A stretch of 64,000 bases of DNA from Perna viridis. Its lineage: Eukaryota. Position 1 is the first letter of the stretch; each line of letters opens with the position of its first letter. The stretch lies in assembly GCA_037379345.1 (NCBI GenBank), contig CM074515.1, positions 51,093,743-51,157,742 on the forward strand. The letters are read 5' to 3'. Made by a program: the position numbers and the translations under genes. Shown one piece after another: positions 39,801 through 51,261 of the stretch. Below the pieces are notes generated by a model. That model made no database searches and was not told the origin of the DNA. It was given only the letters and a program-made list of their open reading frames with translations.

Positions 39801-42800
39801 GACAATTTAAGTTTGAATAATTCCAATGTGTCAATTTTGGGCCTGACATCAAGTTTTTTATCGTGCAAAATAAAACCTTTTTTTATATATATGTAGATGG
39901 TTCGTTTTATTACTTGTATAGATATAATATGCTTCATTTCAATTGGTATTGCAATTGTTTTTAGAGATCTTTTTTTAATGAATAGGCTTGAATATAATTA
40001 AAAATTTAATTAGGCTTCACAACTGCATATTCTTATTAAATTTCTCCAGAATAAGGGGTATCATTGTGTTTCGTGGCATGTATGTTTACAATAATATCCT
40101 CTGTTAACGGTTAACTAATCACCAATTTACACTGCACATGTTTTGGAGCAACTTTTTTTTCTGAATTTTGAATTGGAAGTCAGTTTTCAGCACACTCTTG
40201 AAAAGGAAAGATTATTCCATGATATAAAAAAATCAAATATTCTTTAAGACAAGTATTATCCTATGTCAATTAAAGCTTTTCTGTAGTATACGTATCTAAG
40301 GTTTTAAAAATAAATGGTCTTTAAGATGTTCAAGATCTTTCAAATAAACAATAACTCACACTTTGATGCCGTGGACGACTTGAACTTTCATACCCTTCGT
40401 TGGTAGGGGTGTACACTTAACTGTTATGATGTGATGATATTGTCCTCCTGTAAGGTTTTTCACGTTTGGAGTTGGTGAAGGCCTCATAGTGCCATCAAAT
40501 TTGGGATCATAAATCTCAACCGTGACGGTTCTTTCACCCTTGATTGAATAGATGCAAATCATAATTTTTACAAGTAGCCAAATATACACTGTAGTATATT
40601 ATTTCATGGCAGAGCAAGTTTTGATTTATCAATTCATACCAAGCATTACCTACCATGCATATAAAACTTTACAGATAAAAGTAGTATTACTTTATTGGCC
40701 ACAATTTTGTCTTTAGTACTGTGCTTGAGAGTACTGAATATTCAAAACAGGTTGTTTGTTTTATGGTGCTACTCTTTCCGCACACTTTAAGAAAAAATGG
40801 AATAAAATGGCTCTCATACATTCTATTTTGTTATGATGACTGCAAATGTTTGGATTTATTACTTACGAATTTCTACTTCAATACAAAAATATTATGTATG
40901 TTTGTACAACCGCCAATATGACGTACACATGTAATACATCTTCTAAATGTTAACAAACATTAATAATTTTTGAAAAAAAAAAACCACAGGTTTCAGGGAT
41001 TTTACACAGTCAAGTAAAATATGGATGAATCGCTTCTCCGTTAAAAGGATAAGGGTTTTATTTATTATCAAAACATTAATGAATTTAATTAAATAGGGAT
41101 TCTAATACAATGGCAGTGTTTTGAATTGCTGAATGTACATACACGTTATGTTGGTTCTGAAACCAAATGATTACTGGCAGTGCATCAGGATATATTTTAT
41201 ACAGCTGCAAACAAGTACTGTAGTATACAGTTTTTGTCCAAGGAAACATTTTTCAAGCTACAAATGTATATACTATTTAGAAGTTGATTAAAATTGTTTG
41301 ATACAAGATATAGTTGAAATATTGAAGTGTGAGCCAGTATCGATGAATATAGCCTTATATATATATATATACCGGTATCGTAAATTTGTTTCATAAGAAT
41401 TTCAAATGTGTTCTGTTGAGTACACGACTGTAAGTGGGAAATTTGTCCATTATGCAGCTTATTCTCTTTTGCTTGATTGTAACTATTTAATTAGGACCAA
41501 TGTAAAAACAAGATCTTATAGATGTTAATTCTCGGCGAATCACCCACTACTAATTTGGTCCTAAGGAAGAGTAATTGACAGGGAGTGGAGAGATCCGTTC
41601 ATACATGCATGAACGACCGAAAATAGCTGTTCAATCCTTATAATTCCACCCGACAGTCAAAGTTACCTTTTGAGAGCCTCAGTCGGTTATATTGATACAC
41701 TGTGTTTATGTTTACGCTTTAATACACACGCATTCTTTTGCACAGAATATTTACACATAATCGTCTGCACAACGACAGTGAAGGCGGCATAGACGAAGTG
41801 ATAGTTAGCATTGAAAAATACGAGGTGTAAACAATTCAACAGGAATATAATTATTAAGGAAACACAACAAGGTTTTTTCAAGGGTTCAGTCAGACCCAGT
41901 TATATGTTTCTTTTCCCGAGCTGAAAATTACTCTCCGTAAACAAACTTGACCGGTACAATCATTGTGCATGTAATTAACAATTCTTACGGTTATATTATG
42001 CCACCCTCTTTCGAACTACACGGCCGCCATATTGGTTTCAAGTTGACTGGCTTTCATGCATGTATGAGCGATCTGGCGAAGTTCATGCATGTATGAACTT
42101 TCTGGCAACGACGTTCTCAACCAATCAAAAATTGCTATAAGCATGAAGAATCTCATGATTAGAATTATTGTAATATGTACATGTTTATGACTTGTCGTAT
42201 GGTTATGGGAAGCCATTCTGGAATTTGTTCCTCATTTTGATGTTTAGTAATACATATTAATGGATATTTATCAACATGTGCATACATGTAATTCATTTAT
42301 TGATATCAATAAATGGAAAAGTTTTCTTGATAATGCAAACACGTTCAAGACAACGTGTGTATGTTCAAATTTTTTCTCCGTGCAATACCAGTCTGCGTCC
42401 ATACATGGCCCTCGTTTTAAAATTAAATAATTTTATTTAATTGATATCAAAGTTCTAAGACAGAATGTAATCGAGTGATTGTGGGATGATGATCACGAGG
42501 AGCTCTCTATATACAACTGAAAATTCAATGTTAATTTTTAAATCAAGATTTGTTTTCCTAATTTACATTAGTCACACAATTTCATTTATTAATTTTTCTA
42601 AATCACGTCACACAGAATAGAAAGATTTAGCTTCAGGAACTGTCCAGGGGTGTGACAGTATAGAACAGCTTTTCGTATTTTCTTCGTCATGACCCAGGAC
42701 AGTGTCAGTCAGAATCTGTCAGGGAATACGGCAAAATGTGTCCTGACCCAGGACATCCTCTATCAGACCCTGTCAGGTTCTGTCAGGATTTCTGTCCTAT

Positions 42801-45800
42801 CTGCTGTCGTAGAACAGTTTTCCTGACAGATTCTAACAGAATTTAAGAGTGGTTAGAAGTGATCGCAACTGTATTAATTATAATGAAGGACAACCCATAA
42901 TATCGTATAATACTCCACAAAGCTATACTATAAACTGCAAGGTTCATTTGGCCAACACAAGAAATTCGAGGTTTAGTACGGAAATGAACTATAGATAAAT
43001 TAACTATCCTCGTCTTAGGCACCAGGAATACTACGCTAGATCGAGGTTTAAAAACACAACTATGGTATTTTTTATTTTGCCCTGGACATTCTTAAATAAA
43101 AATACATATGCTTAATGAAATGCTAACAGATTAACCAAAAAGGGATACGACTCCTTTATTATATAATGGTTTTACGGTTAGAGTATGTGGCGACTAGATA
43201 TCGTATAATGGTAAAAATATGTCTTCCGCTTATCAATTCTGTTCAGAAACCCAAGAAAAATTGAATGCTTAGGTAGAATTAGGTAGAATCTAAGGTCCCT
43301 TTTCAGATATTCCAATTTCAAATTTACAAGTGTTTTCAACTGGCTAATTGTCAAAGTCTGATGTTTGTCGGGGTCTGAATACGCATCTCTCTTATCCAGT
43401 GGGTAACACTGTTAACACTATTATTGACCCCGAACTTGCAAGTGTTTCATACTCATGGTTCGATAATATTCTTGGAAAAATCTATCGGTTGGGTAATATT
43501 GTACTGTAGCATTTTCTGGTCATTTTCAAATTTTATTGAACTGAATGTGTAGCAAAAACACGCTCGCTCTTGAAAAGGGGATCTCTACGCCGGTAATTTC
43601 TTTTATAGATAGTTTGAGCAAATTCTTTTGATATCTATTTGCTGATAATGCTTGGACCGGCAAACTGACTTGCTGCAAGACATTAGGCCAGTTTGCAATA
43701 AGCATGCGCTAATTAGCCGCTTAGATATCCCCTTTTTGGGAGGTCAATGAAATTACGTTTCACAACGACATAGTATGTTCAGAAATATCATAATCAGCCA
43801 AAAAACTCAAGTGTTTCAAATAAAATTTAAAACTTAAAATTGCTTAATTCACTTGTTGAATATGTGCCTTCATTCAAACCAAAGTTTCACTGCTGTTAAT
43901 GCATGTGTTGCAGTAAAATTGTAGATGAAAAGAAAGGAAAATTAGAACATTTAGTCAAATTGTGTTAATATAGCTTATTTCAGGAGACATTTTTATGCAG
44001 AGAATATAGAGCGCATTTGTCGGACTCAAATATTTTTATGAAAATAGCCTTTTGCACCATCACAACTCCTGACAAAAGAATTTGTTGTTCATAGCTTGCA
44101 CTCTATTTTTTGCATTAAAAAACTACACCTTATCATGTCATTTTTGTGAATTTTTTTTAGAAACTGTGTCGAGTTTTGTGTCCTTTTTATGGCTAAAGCA
44201 GGTATTGTTGTCTCTATATTAGTATTTAGAAAGTATTTTCGCTTTAAAATAAGCAAATAGAAAATTTCAAACAGCAAGTTAAAACTTCAGCAAAAAAAGT
44301 AGGCCTGAAACTAGTGTTAGTGAATTAACCCCTTCGACTTGCAACCGTTACTGTGAACAATATTATGTTAACAAATATACGGTACATGTACAACAATATC
44401 ACAAATATCTTAACGTTTATACTGTAATGGTATAATAAATAAATACGGTATGCTTTTCTGATTTTCTGCATTCTTAAATATACATATTTAAATCGTCTGC
44501 TCTCGCGTTGAAGATTTATAATGTACGCAGCTGATGTTAATCCTGTTTGGTAAACTAGTTACTATACATTGCTATTTTAAAATAAACATAGCACATGGAT
44601 GGTATCAAGTTAGGATAACTGATAATGTTTATCTTCCTTTGGACTTCGAACAGTCCTGACTACACAGGAGTGACTTTATTTTCTAGAGAACTTGCAAAAT
44701 TGTAACTCATCATTGTAGAAATTATAAAATCCTTAAAATTATCCTTCATCACTTCATCACGGTTAATATCTAGGCTCTACCTAGCAGGTTCACCTCATAT
44801 AAACCGCGTTGAAGTCACTGTCAAGAACAAAAAGCGTTTATTCCTATAGTATCAAGTCAGTTTGCCGATCCAATCATAATCAGCAAGTACACATCAAAGA
44901 AATTTTGCTGAAAAAACAGATAATGTCTTTCATAATCATTTTCTAGATGATTTTATTAATATGGGTGCTGAGAAGTCATATGAATGTTTAAATTGAATGG
45001 AAAAAAATTCGTAAGTATGTTAAAAAATTGAAGTTTCTATGGCTGATCAAGAATATAACACTTGTCCCAACAACGTTTTAGCCCTTTTTAGGCTTTTTTC
45101 ATTAACACTAAATTGATTATGATACCTCCACACAAAAAAACTGAAAAGTTGAATTTGAATTTATATCTATTACTGACGAAACAAAAATCAGCTCTTATTG
45201 ATAAGGTATTGCAATCTGTAAGTAGTTTTATGGTTTCAGAGGCATTTTCGTCAGCACGAGCATTTATTCGTCCCATCTTTGATTCATTTTCCCCGCTGTC
45301 AAAGCTTTGGCAAAAACAAGACTTACTTAAGAGGCTAATGCCGGCATGAGACTGTGTTTAGAAATTTTAGACAAGCTAAATGGTCACTTTTTCTTCTAAA
45401 AAATGATAGGATTTCAAATGAAACTTTAAAGTTGCTTACAGATAGAAGTGGAAATCCTTAATAAGATTATGGAGCTCATATGAATGGTTCATGGGCACAA
45501 TTTAAATGGCCAAACTCTTGGAGGATATTGCACTTGATGAGATACAAGTCATTTCTAGACATGGTTCCAGTACTTCTGTATGTTTTTATGGGCTCCCCAT
45601 CTTCAGAATGAAAAGATATTATTTATCATCGATAACATTGCTTTGGTGGCTATAGTCAAAAGAAATTTGGATACTGAAATTAATTCGCCCATCCGTTTTA
45701 ATGTCAATGAAGCATGATATTCAGTTCAAAGCTATTCGCATAGAAAGTTCAAGTAAAGGAGTTGCATTGTGTAGTATCACGCTTTCAGGTGGACAGACCC

Positions 45801-47788
45801 AGAGCTTTCGGTCTTCAGCTAACAGAATTCCAGAAGAGATCATCACAATGTTTTTTTTATATAAAATAAACTATTTTTATGAATTTTGTAAGCATAACCC
45901 CGTTTTTGTGAATACATGTATAGGGGACTTCGCGTTCTTCTTAGAGCTCACTGATTTCCCTGCTGTTGTGTTGCAAAGTGGTAAACTTTCTATAATATTT
46001 TCAGACCCATTAGTGTAAGCATGCTGCAGGTCTTCTTCAAATATTAAAGGTAGAAGCTCCATCACATATTTTACCAAGTGAAATTAGCATAATGGCCTAC
46101 CGAAAGTGACATTAGTTGTCTTTTAGCAAACATACATACCTACATTTGCAAGCACAATTATATCAAGATGAAACAAATTTAAACAAATGCATATGTCCAA
46201 TTTTGTGACATTAACATTATTATACATTATTCATTTCCTTGTTTCCTTGTTTGTCTACTCTGTGATTTGTATTGTGGCATTATTAATAAGGATTTTTTTA
46301 TAAATTCATAGTTATGAGAATTCAGATCAACAAAGTAACCACAAACAACCCTTTATATAGACAAATATAATGAACCTGTCCATATGCATGTCAATATAAA
46401 ACCCAGTCTTCCAAACGTTTTTTTTTTCCTGAATAGTAAATAATATGAATTTGTTATTTTTCCACCCTGCCAAAACAACCATTTTCTTTACATTACTAAT
46501 TTTTTACAGTTCATTTTAACTGGTGAAAGCAATGTTCAATTATTGCGTTACTCCAACCCCCTTTTTTGTTGTGCACTCATTTCCGTAACTCAAAAAAAAT
46601 ATGTTAAAAAATTATCAAGAGAAATTTCCACATTGGGTGTAAACACTTTCAATAAGTTTCATTGTAATTGGTGAAAACAATTTCGAGTTATTATGCGAAA
46701 ACTGGAGAGAACCGCGCTTATCTTTGAATAAGCTTAAATAACTCAAAAACGAAAATAAAATGAATTTCTTTAAAAATTAGTGGGAGTTTCCTACTAAAGA
46801 TATATACATGTTCAATGTTTTTTGTTGAAACGTCTTTCAGTAATCGTACAGGACGAATTGCTTTTTATTTTGCAGGGCATAAAAATGCCATAATTTTCTT
46901 TCCGTTAACTAAATTATCAAGACAAAACTGGACGATACAAGAAGAAAAATGCAGTAGCTGAGGTATTTTCCTGACTGGCAAAACACATCTGTAAATGATA
47001 CAATACTATATTTGCAATTTGCGATTGGACTATGCATTTCATTCAACAAGAGTTTATTATTTGATATGTTTTGTGCAATTATCTAAACTTTAAGATACTC
47101 AAAATAAGTTGCCAAACTGGAGGGCTTAACCTACAAATGCTGAAATATACACTTATAAAACACATTTTATTTCATTGGCTACATGTTGCAAAACGTAAAT
47201 GATGATATCTAAGCTGAAACATATGAACATGTCCCATGTCTACCCTTATCACAAACAAATCTTACTCGGCATTTCGTAGGTTGTTGTCGCCAGACCTGCG
47301 CCTCGTGTCTTTGGGTTTTTGCAAAACGTTGTGCTTATTTTATATAGAAGTGAGTCTATAAACATTCAATCCAACTACTTTTTGCAATGCACTTATGTAG
47401 CAATACTTATACAAAAAAAGACGTAATTTGTCGCTTAGTCAAACACTTACATTTACATTGTTTGGTGACGTACAATTACTGAATATTCTATAAGTTGGCT
47501 CTGTTGCCTGTACACAACCAGTTTTCTTTTGTACAACTAGACTTGAATTTGCTGCTAAACCTTTCACTTCAACATCTCCATTCTCTAAGCAATCTGCAAA
47601 TCATTATCAATTTAAATTGTTTTGATTGATGAAACACAAGAACCCATATTAGGAGAATTATAAATTGAGTAAAAGGTATACACACAGAAACTTAACAACG
47701 AAATTAATGAGAAACCCCGATTAAGCTAAATCCCTAAACCCCTTACGTGGTGGTTGGACCTCTTGTATTGGTAGGGTAAACGCCACTA
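30759..47788 (-). CDS. Spliced gene for a single-ZP-module secreted/membrane protein (~330 aa plus signal peptide); exons 47788-47747, 47593-47451, 40538-40360, 39131-38968, 36393-36294, 35397-35235, 32221-32104, 30841-30759
   Basis: All introns GT-AG with matching phases (1,0,2,1,2,0,1) and no stops. ZP-N with 4 Cys, ZP-C with 6 Cys (VYIGDKFYL, IPTHCSA, LW..GC, AEMFGFQF, FVCEVNIC..C), furin site RRRR, hydrophobic patch IRVL, hydrophobic C-tail. Start exon uncertain. Confidence 0.88.
31345..31527 (+). mobile_element. Old 5'-truncated copy of the same SINE (3' part), intronic
   Basis: CCCATTTTTCATTTCAT...ATCGCCAGGATAAAGCTGAAATACTG...CAACAATCAAT aligns to the reverse complement of 11425-11600. 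Confidence 0.75.
32104..32221 (-). CDS. ZP gene exon with furin site: TCSTSWSSRRRRSENRNFKKQFKVTKKIRVLNRPFENAS
   Basis: Acceptor TATACAG, donor GTAAGG, 118 nt, phase 0 to 1. Confidence 0.88.
32740..33480. repeat. Degenerate tandem ~150-bp units, probably a Helentron-associated satellite element
   Basis: Recurrent TAACAAGG.GTCATC.GACAA, TGTAGACCTTA, GAAAAC.GCAAA motifs. Confidence 0.5.
34236..34318 (-). ncRNA. Decayed circularly permuted (P5-type) twister ribozyme-like motif
   Basis: RNA reads GAAG GAAGG ... UAAA CCCC GUC GCAUUUUGUGU GCCUG UCCC AAG UCAAA; compare twister core UAA-NNNN-GCC...GCCGG UCCC AAG CCCGG...NNNN GAGGG. Several pairs are broken. Confidence 0.55.
35235..35397 (-). CDS. 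ZP gene exon: CLTTSAKAYRIMHKFEEVGTKAFRAEMFGFQFNGKGDVTFVCEVNICSNCTLPA
   Basis: Acceptor TTTCTAG, donor GTAAGT, 163 nt, phase 2 to 0; ZP-C terminal F.F..C.V..C pattern. Confidence 0.9.
36294..36393 (-). CDS. ZP gene exon: (N)YSAIPTHCSAFEDSSASEPSSTVNHVDLWTNT(G)
   Basis: Acceptor TTTTAG, donor GTTTGT, 100 nt, phase 1 to 2. Confidence 0.85.
37623..38230 (+). mobile_element. Non-autonomous Helentron-type (pearl/CvA-like) element with ~160-bp core repeats, interrupted by a PLE 3' end
   Basis: Starts TTATACCCCACGCAATG..TTGCG hairpin; repeated GCGCAACTC..C.AAAC cores at ~37700, 37860, 38170. Confidence 0.6.
37892..38063 (+). mobile_element. Short 3' end of the Penelope-like family
   Basis: TTAGTGGAGTCCGAGTTACTCAT...TCTTGGTTCCCTTGATTACTCTT matches 58480-58640 and the reverse complement of 59029-59195. 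Confidence 0.85.
38968..39131 (-). CDS. ZP gene exon: ETATVSRPDAVNDVAMYLKADRFDARNDITSLPDISSVYIGDKFYLYLVYLGTQ
   Basis: Acceptor TTGTAG, donor GTGAGT, 164 nt, phase 2 to 1. Confidence 0.88.
40360..40538 (-). CDS. ZP gene exon: GERTVTVEIYDPKFDGTMRPSPTPNVKNLTGGQYHHIITVKCTPLPTKGMKVQVVHGIK
   Basis: Acceptor TCAAG, donor GTGAGT, 179 nt, phase 0 to 2; overlaps ORF 40356-40589. Confidence 0.85.
42990..45850 (+). mobile_element. Degenerate DIRS/Ngaro-like retrotransposon (RT-RNase H) in a ZP gene intron, split by ~1.4 kb of unrelated DNA (~43500-44890)
   Basis: ELGRI*GPFSDIPISNLQV, THLSYPVGNTVN.IIDPELASVSY; HFLDDF (~44940); ARAFIR; RNase H LKLLTD.SG, WAQFKWP, KILFIIDN.ALV. Confidence 0.82.
47451..47593 (-). 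CDS. ZP gene exon (ZP-N): CLENGDVEVKGLAANSSLVVQKKTGCVQATEPTYRIFSNCTSPNNVN
   Basis: Acceptor TTTGCAG, donor GTAAGT, 143 nt, phase 1 to 0, three Cys. Confidence 0.83.
47747..47788 (-). CDS. Probable ZP gene N-terminal exon (VAFTLPIQEVQPP); may extend to 47804 or to an ATG at 47822
   Basis: Donor GTAAGG in phase 1; acceptor TTTGTCCAG; in-frame extension reads MVVIYQSLLCPVVAF (signal-peptide-like). Confidence 0.55.
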
Positions 47789-48979
47789 CTGGACAAAGCA
47801 ATGACTGATATATGACCACCATCAACCGTTTTATTCATGACCAATACAGTAACAAAATGCTTCAGCAGCTTGATCTGCCTATTTGAAATACATTTAATTT
47901 ACCAAAACCGTTAAAAGTGTTGCATCAGTCATTTGTTGTTTTTTTTTTTAAATAAAATAAAAATGTTAGGTTTGCCTCAAAGGTTTGTTATTTAAAAAGA
48001 TCAGCAGGTAAAGGCGCACAAATGGTGAATATCGGGATGTTTTCTGTCTAATAGAGATTTCCACTAAATTGACGAACGAACGGACGCACCGATAGTGATC
48101 GTCTGTTTTCTGTGGGATTACTACAATTACAGTAGAAAAAATGCTCAAAGTAAGGTTATAATAAGTTCATTTCGATTTCATTGAATTGATGTAATACCTT
48201 TACAAACCGTGCCTTTTATTTATTACACTGAAAAGTTATAATTTCATACGTACATTTCGTTCGGTTACGAAGAAATAAGAATCGCTGGGAAACTTTTAAA
48301 TGTTTTAATTGTCGCCCGTTATTTCTACAGCTTTATTTAGTTTTCTTATAGTTATCATTACATAATCAAAATAAATAAACAGACGTAATGTATTTTGAAT
48401 TTTTAAAATGTGAATTGTATTATTTTGTATAATATTTGCAAAATTAAAGCTACATACATTATATCATTGAAACATTATAAAGGCAATTTAAATGTACTGA
48501 ATAATACTTGCTGTATTAAAGGTTGATGTTTTTCAGCCATTGTCTATCACATACCTGAACCCATGTTATAGTCATTCCCGCTCAGGATGTTTTGGCCACT
48601 TAAAAACGTATAAATCTGGTGCTTTTGACAGGGGTATTTCGTGAAGTTTCGTAGTATGTACATGTATACATATGTAGAGTAGACTCGGCGAAAGACTACT
48701 TTGATATTAAATTATTACAAGAATTACACATTACATATATAGTGTATGTATACCACCTTCAACTGCAATCAAAATGTGTTATATTGTACTGAATATCACT
48801 AAATTCGTAATCGGATAAATTCTCAAGAATTTTCTGAAAATTATATTTTCTCCATCCGTCTTCTCTGTTGTTGTCACCAAGGGGAAAATAGATTTCCATC
48901 TAAATTGTTAAATTTCGAGCGAAAAGTATAAAAGGTCTGCATCTGTAAAGGATTATTTTAGTGGGCCGATAATTTTCAT

Positions 48980-49640
48980 TTATACGCTCCCGAAAGGAGC
49001 GTAAATGGCTGTATTATCAACTTGGACACGTATACTTATGGGCAGAAAAGGCATCAATATGCGGTTTGTGCATGTAAATTCAGGAACTTAAAAACAGTAC
49101 AATGGCAGCTTCATTTTCGTACACTTCGAAACATGTGATTGAGAACAGAACCAGTCTCAGTAGCGTTTTTGGTTAAGTTCAAAACATATTAATTTTTAAT
49201 ATTAAGATATGGATTGTCAAAACAGTCAACAGAAGGCGCTCCAATGTTTACGAAAATACCATTACCTATAATTCCTTACGATTGCCAAAACGACCCAAAG
49301 ACATTTCGGACCACGACAATCGAACCAATAACCGTGACTTGCGCAATTACGTACATCTGTTATGGTTGTATTATCAAATTGCTTCTGTATACTTATGGCA
49401 AGAAAAAAACATCAACATCCGTTTTGTACCTTCATTTTAAGTAGCTAAAAATACGGCAGCTTCATTTGCGTATACTTGTAAGTGTGCGATTGAAAACAAA
49501 ACCAGTCTCGGACAATATTTGCTAGTTTCGATAATTAAATACAAATCGATTCATAGCTTTCCAAGATAGGGTTGGCCTTATAGTCAGCAGTATGGCGCCC
49601 AGATATTTACAAACATAACGTTATCAATATTACCCATTAT
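48980..49640 (+). repeat. Two diverged ~357-bp tandem units following a terminal hairpin (Helentron-like)
   Basis: TACGCTCCCGAAAGGAGCGTA hairpin; ATGG.TGTATTATCAA...GGCAGCTTCATTT...AACCAGTCTC at ~49005 and ~49362. Confidence 0.55.
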
Positions 49641-50767
49641 TCTCGGTTCATAAGAATTGCGAAACGAAAAAGAACTAAAACGAAACGAAAATAATCGATA
49701 TAAGAAAGAATGGAAACGAATCAATTAAATAAAATAAACATTTGTTTCTACATCACTTGACTGATAACCAAAACTGTCCACACTGTAGGGACCACATTGA
49801 AGATAATCATCATTTTTGTTATCTTGCAATTGTTATGCTGAACACAGGAGGTCACTACAGTCTGTCTGCTTAGACATTAACATTATATTGCTGACAGACA
49901 TTTAATGTTTCATAAAATATTGATTTTATAAAAAAAAAAAAAATAATGATGATTTATTGATCTATTAATCAGCATTTATGATTATAAATGATATATTTAT
50001 CATGCACTTTAAATATTGCTGGCTAGATATTAAAAAGCATTTCAAATCACTTCCATCTTCCTTAATGTAGGGATCGGTGCATGATGTTTAGTAAACATGA
50101 AGTATGCAGAAAATACCTCTTTTTGTCAAGATCGAGTTCAATCTTTGAACTTTATCCATTAATGTTTACAAAAAATGTATATTGATAATATTGTGGCAGA
50201 ACTGCTTGATTTATGTCCCTTGATTAACTTCGACTTATTTAGATAATCTAAAGATACTGAAAATGAAAATAAACTTTATCCAGATTGATATATTTTATAA
50301 CAGATTTTCTCAGACATTGAAGTATTATGATTTATTATTCATCTTATCAATGAATATTTATAGATTTGAATAAGATAACTTTGCCAACTTTTCATAATTG
50401 TCTGAGCACTAATTTCTAGTCCAACATTGCGAATAGCCTAGCTGTTCCAACAAGGTTAGTGCAACTGCCACATACCTACCCCACTTGAAATGAGATTGCT
50501 CCATTTTAATGGCTTCTGTATGCAATAAAGTATTTTGTACTTGGGAAATAAAATGTATTGCTAATTGTATTGATTCCTTTACATTCGACCCACATTGCGC
50601 TACAAAGCTTTGCATTCGTCGTCCCTCTTATAGTCAATCTAAAGCTGGTATGAATTGTAATCTGAGTCTGCCGAATCTTAAGCAGTAATTGCACCTGCTA
50701 CTATATTATAAAATAAAAAAAGGGTTTAGTTTGAAGATATTTTAAAAAGTTATGCTTTATAATTTAA

Positions 50768-50988
50768 NNNNNNNNNNNNNNNNNNNNNNNNNNNNNNNNN
50801 NNNNNNNNNNNNNNNNNNNNNNNNNNNNNNNNNNNNNNNNNNNNNNNNNNNNNNNNNNNNNNNNNNNNNNNNNNNNNNNNNNNNNNNNNNNNNNNNNNNN
50901 NNNNNNNNNNNNNNNNNNNNNNNNNNNNNNNNNNNNNNNNNNNNNNNNNNNNNNNNNNNNNNNNNNNNNNNNNNNNNNNNNNNNNNNN
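50768..50988. other. Assembly gap (221 N)
   Basis: Run of N. Confidence 1.
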
Positions 50989-51022
50989 CTTTTATATGCA
51001 TGTTGTACATGTTGCCTTGTAT

Positions 51023-51261
51023 CAGGGGCGGATCCAGGAATTTAGATTGGTGGGGGGGGGGGGCACAGTAAAATTTTTTGGAGATTAATTTGGAGATTAA
51101 ATTTGGAAATAATCTTCTACAGTGGGTGCTATGTGGATATCTTTTGTGGTAAAATCAGGGAGAAATTACTGTAAAAGCGCCAAAATCTATCCCTGACAAC
51201 CCATTTTTGCAAATTTTAAGGGGGCGCATGCCCGCCACGCCCCCGCCTGAATCCGCCCCTG
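51023..51261. mobile_element. MITE with CAGGGGCGGATCCAGG TIRs and 5-bp TSD, inserted into a LINE 3' UTR
   Basis: TIRs CAGGGGCGGATCCAGG / CCTGAATCCGCCCCTG; TGTAT on both sides; the flank ATGGAG...GAATAAAATATGTTTAAA matches the LINE tail at 62610-62720. Confidence 0.9.

Noticed and set aside
42640-42840. CTGTCAGG/CCTGACAG motif cluster as a regulatory array
   Set aside because: Irregular spacing and no defined ends; most likely a decayed repeat.
45877-46077. Extra ZP gene exon
   Set aside because: Not needed: the flanking exons already join in phase and give the four ZP-N cysteines; splice signals here are weak.
50750-51045. ORFs spanning poly-X
   Set aside because: Artefacts of the assembly gap.
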